From: Scyliorhinus canicula
Taxonomy: Eukaryota
DNA length: 64,000 bases
Direction of reading: 5' to 3'
Assembly (NCBI RefSeq): GCF_902713615.1
Contig: NC_052169.1
Span: forward strand, 21,692,526 to 21,756,525
The notes under the pieces are model-generated. The model was not told the origin of the DNA. It made no database searches and saw only the letters and a program-made list of their open reading frames with translations. Within the stretch, counting starts at the first letter, position 1. Each line of letters starts with the position of its first letter. The position numbers and the translations under genes were made by a program. Shown in pieces: positions 11,053 to 23,155 of the stretch.

Positions 11053-12729
11053 AAATTCTAGCATTTGAGGAACCTTTTACAAGGGTCCTAATTGATTGCG
11101 TAGGGCCGCTTCCTAAAAGTGGGAATCAATATCTTTTGACTATAATGGATGTGTCTACTAGGTTTCCAGAGGCCATTCCAGTATGTAATATTACAGCTAA
11201 AAAGATTGTGGAGGAGTTACTTAAATTCTTTACTAGATATGGACTATCCACAGAAATACAATTGGATCAAGTATCAAATTCTACCTCGAGGTTATTCAAA
11301 TAAGTTATGGATAGCTTAGGAATAAAACAATTTAAATCAACTGCATACCATCCAGAATCGCAGGGAACGTTAGAAAGGTGGCATCAGACATTAAAGACAA
11401 TGTTGAGGGCTTATTGTCATGATTATCCAGAGGATTGGGATAAAGGGATTCCATTCGTACTGTTTGCAATTAGGGATGCACCTAATGAGTCAACCAAATT
11501 CAGTCCTTTTGAACTAATTTTTGGTCATGTGGTAAGAGGACCACTTAAATTGATCAAAGAAATATTGGAGATGAGAAATCAGAAATTACACTATTAGATT
11601 ACGTGTCAAATTTTAGGAATGATTAAATAGAGCAGGTGAATTGGCTAGACAACATTTGAAAGTTGCACAAAATGTGATGAAACGGGTAGCGGACAAGAAA
11701 TCCAAAGTTCGTAGTTTTGTCAGTGGAGATAAAGATTTAGTATTGTTACCAGTGGTAGGTGAACCTTTAAAAGCTAGGTTTTGTGGACATTATCGGATTG
11801 AAAGGAAATTAAGTGAGGTGAATTATGTGGTGAAAACACCAGACAAGGAAAACTCACCGAGTGTGTCATGTGAATATGCTTAAAAACTACTTTGAAAGGG
11901 AAGGAGAGAAAAAGGAGGAGGTTTTAATGATTCTAACTCAAAGTGACGAACCAAATCCAGATGACTGTGAATTTGACATACCTCAAATTAAATTGGAAAA
12001 CGAGGATGTTCTTAAAAAATTGGGTTAAATTGTTGACTTACCTTCCAGAGGAAAAACAAACTGACCTGAAAGAGTTATTGCTATCACATGGGCAAGTTTG
12101 TAGAGATAAATTGGGAAGCACTAAAATGGCTATACATGATGTAGATGTGGGAAATGCTGTTCCAATCAAACAACATCAGATAGACTTAACCCTTTAAAAT
12201 TGGCACAGGTTAACAAAGAGGTTGAGGATATGCTAAAAAATGGCATAATTGAAGTGGGTTGCAGCCAATGGAGCTCACCCGGAGGAAACCCACGCACACA
12301 CGGGGAGGACGTGCAGACCCCGCACAGACATGTTTGAAGATTAGATAACCTTCATTAAATGTTTCGCCGGCTGGTCAATAGGGTTTCCCATTGTGGGGCA
12401 GCCCCATGCCATCGTAAAAACTGATCTGGTTCACTAATGCCCTTGAGGGAAGGAAATCTGCCATCCTTACCTGGTCTGGTCTACATGTGACTCCAGACCC
12501 ACAGCAATGTGGTTGACTCTTAAATGCCCTCAAATGCCCTCAGGAAGAGCAATAAATACCTTTAAGCTTTGTAACCCAGGTGTGTAAGACCATTTAATGG
12601 GTGAGCAAGAGGTAGTTTAAAAAGTGTCAGTTGTGGCTCAAAGGGCAACCTCTAAAGTCTAAAGGCTCAAGCCCCAATTCAGATCAATGGAATCAAAACG
12701 TTTGACCAGTGCTCCAGTTCCTTCTGGAG

Positions 12730-13070
12730 TGGCACAATGGCACGGTGGTTAGCGCTGCTGCCTCACAGCGTCAGAGACCCAGGTTCAATTCCGGCATTGG
12801 GTGACTCTCCGTGTGGAGTTTGCACGTCTCCCCCGTGTCTGCGTGGGTTTCCTCCGGGTGCTCCGGTGTCCTCCCCACAATCCAAAGGTGTGCAGGTTAA
12901 ATGGATGGGCCATGATAAAATTACCCCTGAGTGTCCAGGGATGTGCAGGTTGGGTGGGGCTCCGGGGATGAGGCTGGGGAATGAGCCTGGGTAGGGTGCT
13001 CTTTCACAATGTCGTTCTGTCCAGTCTCGATGGGCCGAATGGCCTCCTTCTGCACTGTCGGAATTCTATG
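12730..13070 (+). mobile_element. HE1-like SINE with CR1-type tail (also 16127-16438, 19813-20148, 23920-24220, 33375-33690, 48855-49108, 61220-61583 on +)
   Basis: V-domain body plus gggccgaatggcctccttctgcactgt...ttctatg tail. Confidence 0.88.
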
Positions 13071-14291
13071 GTTCGAATTGCATAGGGACAAATACACAAA
13101 TATTTTGTAATGCAAGTTATATTTTCAGATTGATACCCTCATTGAGACAGAAGAAGATAAATTTTGTCGCTTCGATCAGTCGGTTAATGCCAGTATAAAT
13201 TAAGAATAAATTACACCTAGACAATAATAGGTATGTTACTGTGGGTTACAATCCAATCAATAATCCCATCAGCATCAAAGGTGCTCATACCCAGAAATAA
13301 AATGACTCCTTTACATTTACCGATCGATTACTGATGTTTTTTTCTTTAAGTCGGTAAATTTATTTTCTGGGAACATAAGAACGGAGAGCAGCAAGACACA
13401 ATTCAGCTCCTTGAGCCTGTTCTCTTCACACCATGGTTTCTGCCCTTCGGTTTCCACCAACAATGCTGGAACTGAAGGCGGATCAATATGAAGTGGGATC
13501 TGAAAGAATGCAATATCACACTTTCCGCATCGGACAGAGAAGCCAATCGATTTTTGTGAAGTCGGTTTTTATTTGGGGTTTGTGATATAACTAATACCCA
13601 GGTTAATTCTGACAGCTAATCACAGGAATATTATCCAATCCGGACATGTTTCCATCACAAGTCTTTCTTTAATTGGCCATATATCTCTTTTATATCATTA
13701 CCTTGCTGGCTTTAATGGTCTTTGTTTACTTTGTACGAGTTGCACATTTGACTATTCGTAAGAAGAAATAGTTGCCTTATATTTAATATCTTCAGGACAA
13801 CTCAAAACACATCTTTGAGGTGCAGTCACTGTTCTTCGGACTGCAGCCGACATGCACACAGCAAGATCCCACTAACAGCAAATCAGGATTTTCGATTGGG
13901 CGGCACGGTGGCGCAGTGGTTAGCACTGCTGCGTCACGGCGCCGAGTTCCCAGGTTTGGGTACTGTCCGTGTGGAATTTGCACATTCTCCCCGTGTTTGC
14001 GTGGGTTTCACCCCCGCAACCCAAAGATGTGCAGGGTAGGTGGATTGGCCATGCTAAATTGCCCCTTAATTGGAGAAAAAATAATTGGGTACTCTAAATT
14101 TAGTGTTTAAAAAAAGAAATATTCAACCAGTTGATCAGTTTCTGCTTGAGTCAGAGTCACAGAATCATACTGCACAGAAAAAGCCCTTTGCGTCTGTGTC
14201 GGTCAAAAAAACCACCACCTCACTATTCTAATCCCATTTTCCAGCACTTTGTAGCCTTGTATGTCCTGCGATCGCTAAATACTTCTTACGT

Positions 14292-15084
14292 ATTTAGGAG
14301 GGAACTGACGAAAGGGATCAGGAGAGCTAAGGGAGGGCATGAAAAATCTTTGGCGGGTAGGATCAAGAAAAGCCCCAAGGCCTTTTACACATATGTGAGA
14401 AATATGAGAATGACTAGAGCGAGGGTAGGTCCAATCAAGGACAGTAGCGGGAGGTTGCGTATTGAGTCTGAAGAGATAGGAGAGGTCTTGAACGAGTACT
14501 TTTCTTCAGTATTTACGAATGAGAGGGGCCATATTGTTGGAGAGGACAGTGTGAAACAGACTGGTAAGCTCGAGGAGAAACTTGTTAGGAAGGAAGGTGT
14601 GTTGGGCATTTTGAAAAACTTGAGGATAGACAATTCCCCTGGGCTTGACGGGATATATCCAAGGATTCTATGGGAAGCAAGAGATGAAATTGCAGAGCCG
14701 TTGGCAATGATCTTTTCGTCCTCACTGTCAACAGGGGTGGTACCAGGGGATTGGAGAGTGGTGAATGCCGTGCCCCTGTTCAAAAAAGGGAATAGGGATA
14801 ACCCTGGGAATTACAGGCCAGTTAGTCTTACTTCGGTGGTAGGCAAAGTAATGGAAAGGGTACTGAGGGATAGGATTGCTGAGCATCTGGAAAGACACTG
14901 CTTGATTAGGGATAGTCAGCACGGATTTGTGAGGGGTAGGTCTTGCCTCACAAGTCTTATTGAATTCTTTGAGGAGGTGACCAAGCATGTGGATGAAGGT
15001 AAAGCAGTGGATGTAGTGTACATGGATTTTAGTAAGGCATTTGATAAGGTTCCCCATGGTAGGCTTATGCAGAAAGTAAGGAGG
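14292..15084 (+). mobile_element. CR1 LINE ORF2 fragment (linker and start of RT)
   Basis: SPGLDGIYPRIL, PLFKKG..NYRPVSLTS, SQHGF, YMDFSKAFDKVPH. Confidence 0.92.
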
Positions 15085-15926
15085 GAGAGGGATAGATTGG
15101 TAGGAGAGATACTTAGGGTGGATAGGAGATATGCGGAATCCCCCGAGGAGGGGCTGCTGAAGGAGCGCCGGAGACTCCAAACGGAGTTTGACTTGTTGAC
15201 GACGGGGAAAGCTGAGGCCCAGTGGAGGAAGGTGCAAGGAGCAGCGTATGAATATGGGGGGAAGGCGAGTCGGATGGTGGCACATCATCTCCGGAGGAAA
15301 GAGGCGGCTAGGGGAAATTGGGGGAATCAGGGACAAGGGAGGGAATACGGTGCGGAGTCCAGTCAGAATAAATGAGGTCTTTAGGGACTTTTATGAGAAC
15401 TTGTACAAATCAGAGCCCCTGGAGGGGGGGGGGGGGCAGGGGGATGCGGCAGTTCCTGGACCAATTGAGGTTTCCGAGGGTGAAGGAGGAGCAGGTAGAG
15501 GGTTTGGGGGCCCCGATCGGGATGGAGGAGCTGGTTAAGGGGTTGGGAAGTATGCAGACGAGCAAGGCCCCAGGACCGAATGGGTTCCCGATTGAATTTT
15601 ATCGGAGGTTTTCGGAACTGTTGGCTCCATTGCTGTTGAGGATGTTTAACGAGGCGAGAGAAAAAGGAAGTCTTCCCCCGACGATGTCGGGAGCTCTGAT
15701 CTCGCTTATTCTCAAGCGGGACAAAGACCCGCTGCAGTGTGGCTCGTATAGGCCGATTTCACTCCTTAATGTGGATGCCAAGGTGTTGGCGAAGGTCCTG
15801 GCCACTAGGATTGAGGATTATGTCCCGGGAGTGATACATGAGGATCAGACGGGATTTGTGAAGGGCAGTCAGTTGAATGCAAAATGTGCGGAGGCTTCTG
15901 AATATGATCATGATGCCCTCGGAGGA

Positions 15927-15957
<31 letters not shown>

Positions 15958-18246
15958 TGGTGCAGAGGTGGTGGCGGCTATGGACGTGGAGAAGGCCTTT
16001 GACCGGGTGGAGTGGGAGTACTTGTGGGAGGTGCTGTGTAGGTTCAGGTTTGGAGAGGGGTTTATAGGGTGGGTTAAATTGTTGTACCAGGCCCCGGTGG
16101 CGAGTGTATCGATAAACCGGTTGAGGTCACAGCTCCAGGGTCCCAGGTTCGATTCCGGCTTGGGTCACTGTCTGTGCGGAGTCTGCACATCCTCCCCGTG
16201 TGTGCGTGGGTTTCCTCCGGGTGCTCCGGTTTCCTCCCACAATCCAAAGATGTGCGGGTTAGGTGGATTGGCCATGATAAATTGCCCTTAGTGTCGAAAA
16301 TTGCCCTTAGTGTTGGGTGGGGTTACTGGGTTATGGGGATAGGGTGGAGGTGTTGACCTTGGGTAGGGTGCTCTTTCCAAGAGCCGGTGCAGACTCGATG
16401 GGCCGAATGGTCTCCTTCTGCACTGTAAATTCTATGATAAGCTTAATGTCGGGGAGAGTGAGCTCTTTGTGGTGCATGCGCGGGGTCAGGAAAAGAGGTT
16501 GGAGGAGCTGCCACTCAAGATGGCGGAGAGGAGTTTTTGGTATTTAGGTATTCAGGTGACCAAGAGTTGGGGGGGTCTTGCATAGGCTCAATCTGGCGCG
16601 GCTGGTGGAGCAGATGGAGGAGGTGGGCCATGCTACCGCTCTCCCTAGCTGTCAAGATGACGGTCCTCCCTAGGGTCTTGTTCGTGTTTCAGTGTCTGCC
16701 CATCCTCATCCCTAAGGCCTTTTTCAAGCGAGTGAGCGAGAGTATCATGGGATTTGTGTGGGCCAATAAGACCCCGAGGGTTAAAAGACTGTTCTTGGAG
16801 CGCAGTCGAAGGGGGGGAGGGGGGGATGGGGGGGGGGGGGGGGGGGGGCTGTTGGCCCTGCCGAATCTGTATAGCTAATACTGGGCAGCAAACGTGTCGA
16901 TGATTCGACAGTGGATGATGGAGGGAGAGGGGGTGGCATGGAAAAGACTAGAGGTGGCGTCTTGTGTGGGTACTAGCCTGGGGGCACTGGTGACAGCACT
17001 GTTGCCGCTTCCGCCGATGCGGTACACCACGAGCCTGGTGGTCACGGCTACGCTGAAGATTTGGGGGCAATGGCGGCGGAACGGGGGGGGGGGGGGGGAA
17101 CGGGGGCCTCAGTTTGGTCCCCGATATGGAATAACCATAGGTTTGCCCCGGGCAGGATAGATGGTGGGTTCTGAAGCTGGCACCGGGTGGGAATTAGAAG
17201 GCTGGGGGATCTATTCATTGACGGGACTTTTGCCAGCTTAAAGGCACTGGAGGAGAAATTTGGGTTACCCCCGGGAAATGCCTTCAGGTACATGCAGGTT
17301 CGGGCGTTTGTCACGAAGCAGGTAGGAGAATTTCCATTGCTGCCTGCCCGAAGGATACAGGACAGGGTGATCTCGGGCGTGTGGGTCGGAGAGGGTAAGA
17401 TCTCGGAGATATACCAGGAGCTGGAGGAGGCGGAGGAAGCCTCGGTGGAGGAGTTGAAGGGCAAACAGGAGGAGGAGCTGGGGGAGGATCTGGATGAGGG
17501 CCTGTGGGCTGACGCCCTGGGCAGGGTGAATTCCTCCTCATCTTGCGCCAGGCTCAGCCTGATCCAGTTTAAAGTGTTACACAGGGCGCATATGACAGGG
17601 GCGAGGATGAGTACGTTTTTGGGGTGGAGGACAGATGTGTGAGGTGTTCGGGGAGCCCAGCAAACCACGCCCATATGTTCTGGGCGTGCCCGGCGCTTGC
17701 GAAGTTCTGGAAGGGCTTTGCAAAGGTCATGTCCAAGGACTTGGACACTCGGGTAAAACCGACTTGGGGGGATAGCGTTATTTGGGATCCGGGATTGCAG
17801 GAGTCGAAAGAGGCCGGAGTTCTGGCCTTTGCCTCCTTGGTAGACCGGAGAAGGCTCTTGCTAGTGTGGAGCCAAGTGTGGAGGCTTGGATCAATGACAT
17901 GGCGGGGTTTCTTAGGTCGGACAAGATAAAGTTTGCCTTGCGAGGGTCCTTGCAGGGGCTCTCCGAGCGGTGGCAAACGTTCCTTGTCATTCTCGCGGAA
18001 CGTTAGGTGGAGGTCAGCAGCAGCAACCCTGGGGGGGGGGGGGGGGGGGTGGATTGTATTTTGAAAGGGCCGCTCGTACTATTTTGTTTTGAGTTGGGTG
18101 TTAATTTGTTAAACTGTTTATCGTTTCGAGGGTTAAGTTGTTCTGTTTGGCTGGCATGTTGCCCTTTTCTTTTTGTATTAGTTTCCTTTTTGGCGTGTTC
18201 TGTAAAACTTTTTGAAAAACTTTGAATAAATACATTTTTTTTTAAA
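15081..18246 (+). mobile_element. L1-clade LINE, 5'-truncated, with internal deletion and SINE insertion
   Basis: KAPGPNGFPIEFY, YRPISLLNVDAK, DVEKAFDRVEW, C-terminal CVRCSGSPANHAHMFWACP, T-rich 3' UTR with AATAAA at about 18226. Confidence 0.9.
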
Positions 18247-18249
18247 ATC

Positions 18250-18990
18250 TGTTTTAAATTTGCTACCTCTTGTTCTAAGATTACGACCTCCCATTTTAGA
18301 ATGTCCAACGAGAGGAAGCATCTACTCCACGACTACTTTATCCATCGTGTATACCTCAATTTGATCTGCCCTCATTCTTCTAAACTCTAGAAAGTATTGG
18401 CCTAAACTGTTCAACCTCTCCTCACACGTCAAACCCCTCATCTCTGGAATCAATCTCGTGAACGTCCTCTGAACTGCCTCCACTACATCTTTCCTCAAAT
18501 GAGGGGACCAAAAACTGTGCCCAATACTCCAGGTGCAGTCTGACCAATGCCTTGTATAGTTGCAACAACACTTCCTTATCTTTACACTCAATTCCTTTTG
18601 CTATAAATGGCAACATTCCATTTGCTTCACTTATTATCTGGGCGGCACGGTGGCGCAGTGGTTAGCACTGCTGCCTCACGGCACCGAGGTCCCAGGTCCG
18701 AGCCCCGGGTCACTGTCCGTGCGGAGTTTGCACATTCTCCCCGTGTCTGCGTGGGTCGCACCCCCGCAACCCAAAGATGTGCAGGGTGGGTGGATTGGCC
18801 CCTTAACTGGAGAAAAAAAATAATTGGGTACTCTAAATTTATTTTTAAAAATGCTTTCCTTATTATCTGCTGCACCTGCATGATCGATTTCTGTGACTCG
18901 TGCACGAGGACCCTCTGTGTCGGAACACCCCAAACTCTCTCCCCATTTAGATAAGAAGTTGCCTTTCCATTTATTCGACCATGACCTCGC
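18250..18990 (-). mobile_element. CR1 fragment, split by a SINE at 18640-18851
   Basis: LYKALVRLHLEYWAQF motif. Confidence 0.8.
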
Positions 18991-19245
18991 ACTTATAAGG
19001 GAGGATAGAATTTAAACTCAGCGATGCACCAGGCAGTGTGAATGGGCACAGGACAACTTGCCTGCCACTCCCTGGTATTCACTCACAGGCTGGCATTGGC
19101 TGAGGCACTAGCCCCAAGTCACTGAATCTGAGAGAGAGCTATGGAAAGGGAATTTCATGAATGAAAGTCAGTCTCTGTTTGCACATCCGAGTGCACATGT
19201 CCTTGGGATTAAACTAGAAGTACTAGTTGCTTAAACAATATATTT

Positions 19246-19251
19246 TTTATT
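19246..19251 (-). terminator. Probable NMB polyadenylation signal AATAAA
   Basis: tttatt on + strand about 270 nt beyond the stop codon, at the end of an AT-rich 3' UTR. Confidence 0.65.
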
Positions 19252-19517
19252 CACCGCAAATAACTTTCTGGTTACATTAAAAGTGGTTTAACAATGCAAA
19301 AACGTCAGAAAAATATAGAATAATCCTTGCTGCTTCTTTAATATATAGATAAGACAATTGTACAGTAACAATTAATACATAAAGTAAGGTAACGGGAATA
19401 CATCATTGTTACAATATAATGTCCACATTCACCAGCCCTAAATACAATCCTTAGGCTCTCACGCAACCTCGATCACATGTTTGCAAATGTTGATATTCTT
19501 TAGCAGTTTGAAGTTCG

Positions 19518-19574
19518 TCACTTCTCGCTATTTTTAACATATCTCTCGATAATCTTCATTAATAACTCCGTTCC
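19518..19574 (-). CDS. NMB: Prepro-neuromedin B exon 3 (GTELLMKIIERYVKNSEK*)
   Basis: Pyrimidine tract and ctcag| acceptor, in frame with exon 2, TGA at 19518-19520. Total CDS 166+185+57=408 nt (135 aa). Resembles non-mammalian NMB C-termini. Confidence 0.85.
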   Translation of the reverse strand, partial: GTELLMKIIERYVKNSEK

Positions 19575-20526
19575 CTGAGGGGGCGGTAAATAAAGGAAAC
19601 ATGTCAGATACAATTTACAATCTACCCTCCTTCCATGCACAATATGTGAGCAGAGTACAAGGGATCATTTGATTTTTTGTATCCAGTTATCGAACGCAGG
19701 GGTGGCTCAAGCGAAGCGCATGCAGGTAGAGCGGATGCATTTGGGGTGGAAGAGGGTAAGGACTCGCGGTCAAAATTGAATGAGCTGTGGCTCAGTCATT
19801 GGGTGTTTCTGAAGGGGCGGCACAGTGGCACAGCGGTTAGCACTGCTGCCTCACAGCGTCGGAGATCCGGGTTCGATTCCGGCCTCGGGTCACTGTCTGT
19901 GCGGAGTCTGCATGTCCTCCCCGTGTCTGCATGGGTTTCCTCCGGTTCCTCCGGTTCCCTCCCACAGTCCAAAGATGTGCAGGTTAGGAGGATTGGCCGC
20001 GTTAAATTGCTCCTTCGTGTCCAAAAGGTTAAGTAGGGTTACAGGGATAAGTTGGAGGCGTGGGCTCAAGTTGGGTGCTCTTTCCAAGGGCTGGTGCAGA
20101 CTCGATGGGCCAAATGGCCTCCTGCTGCGCGGTAGGGATTCTATGATTGAATGGTATGGGTAAGTCACTGGTTGTTTCTGATGGGGGTTGAATGGATTGG
20201 GTCAGTTACTGGGTGTCTGTGAGCGAATCAGAATTGGGCAGCAAATCGATACAGGGTTTAGACGAACAGAGTTTTAAGTGCCTGCTTAGGATGTCTGAGG
20301 ATACACAGTGTAGATATTTGGGCAGTCAGCGAAACCCGTACAGAAAAAAAACATACTGTATCAATCTTAAAAAATATATATTGCGCTGGAGATAGGTAAC
20401 AGGCGAGGTGGATTAGGGTGGTCACTCATGTTTTCCTAACCGGCCATCCCTCCCTTTCCCCCCATCCTCGCATCCCATCCTCCCCTCCCCATCTATTTTG
20501 ACAAATCTTAATCAGTGCTGTTTTAC

Positions 20527-20711
20527 CTCAGTGACAGAGTTGTACCTCACACGCTTTCCCTCGGCCTGATCTAGGGCAGCCTCCAGCATCTTCTGGGTGA
20601 ACAGGTTCTTCAGGTCCATGGCAACTTCGGGGGAGTTCAGGGGAAGCCTCGCTGCGTTAACCTCATGCCCATCTGGGTAATCAAACAGGCTCTTCTTGCC
20701 CATGAAGTGCC
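20527..20711 (-). CDS. NMB: Prepro-neuromedin B exon 2
   Basis: Acceptor ttctttag|GG CAC TTC ATG GGC AAG AAG completes GNLWATGHFM-GKK (amidation and dibasic site). Donor GAG|gtaaaa at 20527 is phase 0, matching exon 3; this donor is less certain than the acceptor. Confidence 0.9.
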
Positions 20712-21489
20712 CTAAAGAACAACAGAAGTGGCATCACCAGTCCCCTTGCTAGTTTCACACAAGATGACCAGTTCCCCCCCCCCCCCAACACACACTTGGA
20801 GGGTTGGCCTCGAATGGTTACCGAAGACCATTCAAATGGCCCACCATGTTCCCACCAGCTCACCGTCAGGGTAACTCACCTTGTCTCACTGCCCCCTCTT
20901 TTCCCCCACCCCCTGCGATTTCATCCTAATCTTCAGTTAACCCTACAATTCCTCCTTGAAAGCCACGTCCAGCGGCTCCCTGCTGTTGTCTTGTAGGGAA
21001 TCAGACATTCAAATCCATGGCTGGACAGGGTAGTGTTGGCAACATCACTCCATTCACCAGCCTTACCATCCAGCCAAACTGCGCAGCAATATTCATTCGT
21101 GATCAATCTTACTGAGGGAATGGTGGGCGAGGAAATATCCGGGAAGAGGGGGGGAATGAATGAACAATAACAAAGGGAGACAAAAGAGGTTGTGGATCCG
21201 AAGGAAAGTAACCAGCGGTATTGTTTTCAAACTGACTTTTAATATCGATTGAAAAAAAAATTCTACATTGACAAAATCTTTGAAGTGATCCTAATCCTGA
21301 TTTTGGTGGTGTCAAACCCCCCCCCCCCCCCCCCCCCCTCCCCCAACCACCACCATTTCAAATGTTAATATCTGGTTAAATACTTGTATTTGGTATCGAC
21401 CGTGATTCTGCCCAGTTCACCAGCCCAGCCACATACTCAAGCAGAATGGCTTCTGAAGGAGCCTCTGAGACCGTGGGCACTATGAGGGT

Positions 21490-22850
21490 ATACACACACA
21501 CCGACTGACACACACAGACACACACCGACACAGACACACACAGATGCTGACAGTCTCACACATATGCACACAAACACTCTCACATATATGCACACACCTA
21601 CAGTCACACACACAGACATAGCTACACACAGTCTTTCTATCTCACACACACAGTCTCACTCACACATAGTCTCACAGATAAACACACAGTCTCACATACA
21701 CACACCGCCTCATAGTCACACACACAAACATACACATAGTCTCACACACACATACATACAGTATCTCACAAACACACATAGACAGATACACACAGTCTCA
21801 CACACACAGATGTACAAACATATAGATACAGACTCATACATACGCAGTCTCACACACACACAGATACACATACACAATCTCATACACAGATACACATATA
21901 CAATCTCACACACAGATACACATACACAATCTCACACACAGATACACATACACAATCTCACACACCGATACACATACACAATCTCACACACAGATACACA
22001 TACACAATCTCACACACCGATACACATACACAATCTCACACACAGATACATATACACAATCTCACATACAGATACACATACACAATCTCACTCAGATACA
22101 CATATACAATCTCACACACAGATAAACATACACAATCTCACACACAGATACACATACACAATCTCACACACAGATACACATACACAATCTCACTCAGATA
22201 CACATATACAATCTCACACACCGATACACATACACAATCCTACACACCGATAACATACACAATCTCACACTCAGATACACATACACAATCTCACACAGAT
22301 ACACATACACAATCTCACAGATACACATATACAATCTCACACACCGATACACATACACAATCTCACACACAGATACGCATACACAATCTCTCACACAGAT
22401 ACACATACACAATCTCTCACACAGATACACATACACAATCTCTCACACAAATACACATACACAATCTCTCACACAGATACACATACACAATCTCTCACAC
22501 CGATACACATACACAATCTCTCACACAGATACACATACACAATCTCTCACACAGATACACATACACAATCTCTCACACAGATACACATACACAATCTCTC
22601 ACACAGATACACATACACAATCTCTCACACAGATACACATACACAATCTCACACACACAGATACGCATACACAATCTCACACACACAGATACACATACAC
22701 AATCTCACACACAGATACACATACACAATCTCTCACACAGATACACATACACAATCTCTCACACAAATACACATACACAATCACTCACACAGATACACAT
22801 ACACAATCTCTCATACACACAGTCTCTCTCTCTCACACACACACACACAC
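21490..22850. repeat. (CA)-derived minisatellite in NMB intron 1
   Basis: 26-30-nt unit ACACAGATACACATACACAATCTC(TC), grading into simple (CA)n. Confidence 0.95.
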
Positions 22851-22857
22851 CTCTCAC

Positions 22858-23023
22858 CTGTCGCCCACAGATTCCCCCTGGGGTTAACTTTAATCTTGGA
22901 AACTTTGTTTCTGAGTTCAGTGAGATCCAGGCTGACCGAGGTGGTGACAGACAGGTAGGAGAATACAGCCAGGTAAGCGAGGAAGCTGAGCTGCCCCATT
23001 CTGGGGAGGGAATATGCAGACAT
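22858..23023 (-). CDS. NMB: Prepro-neuromedin B exon 1 (signal peptide and N-part of NMB peptide)
   Basis: MSAYSLPRMGQLSFLAYLAVFSYLSVTTSVSLDLTELRNKVSKIKVNPRGNLWAT, hydrophobic signal, phase-1 donor G|GTGAG. Confidence 0.95.
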
Positions 23024-23116
23024 GATAAGAGATCTCTCTCTCTCTCTCTCTGTTTCGGTGCTAAAGCCTCTCCCGGTTACTCCAGCTCTGTCTCACCCTC
23101 TCATCTCACAGCTCCC

Positions 23117-23155
23117 TTTTTATATCTCTAGCCAGCTGACGCCACCAGTGGGCGG
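23117..23155 (-). promoter_or_regulatory. NMB core promoter: TATA box, CRE-like site and GC box
   Basis: TATAAAAA on minus at 23117-23124, about 95 nt upstream of the ATG. TGACGCCA at 23137-23144 (one mismatch to CRE). GGGCGG at 23150-23155. Confidence 0.6.

Larger units (their letters stand above)
7477..12281 (+). mobile_element. Gypsy LTR retrotransposon of Gmr1 type (LTR-PBS-gag-PR-IN-RT), decayed and 3'-truncated
   Basis: gag from ATG 8240 with SCAN-like segment (PEAYSQRFR...LLEEFKSSIP) and knuckle CFHCNKLGHVKSQC. Protease LRDTGAS at about 9806-9829. Integrase HHCC and core (IDCVGP, YHPESQG..ERWH) at 10500-11880. RT start (PIKQH...GIIEVGCSQWSSP) at about 12160-12281. Many stops and frameshifts. 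Confidence 0.9.

Noticed and set aside
21564-22253. 229-aa His/Thr-rich ORF
   Set aside because: Translation of the (CA)-derived minisatellite, antisense within NMB intron 1.
21850-22810. Regularly spaced repeats as a CRISPR array
   Set aside because: No unique spacers and no cas genes; eukaryotic context.
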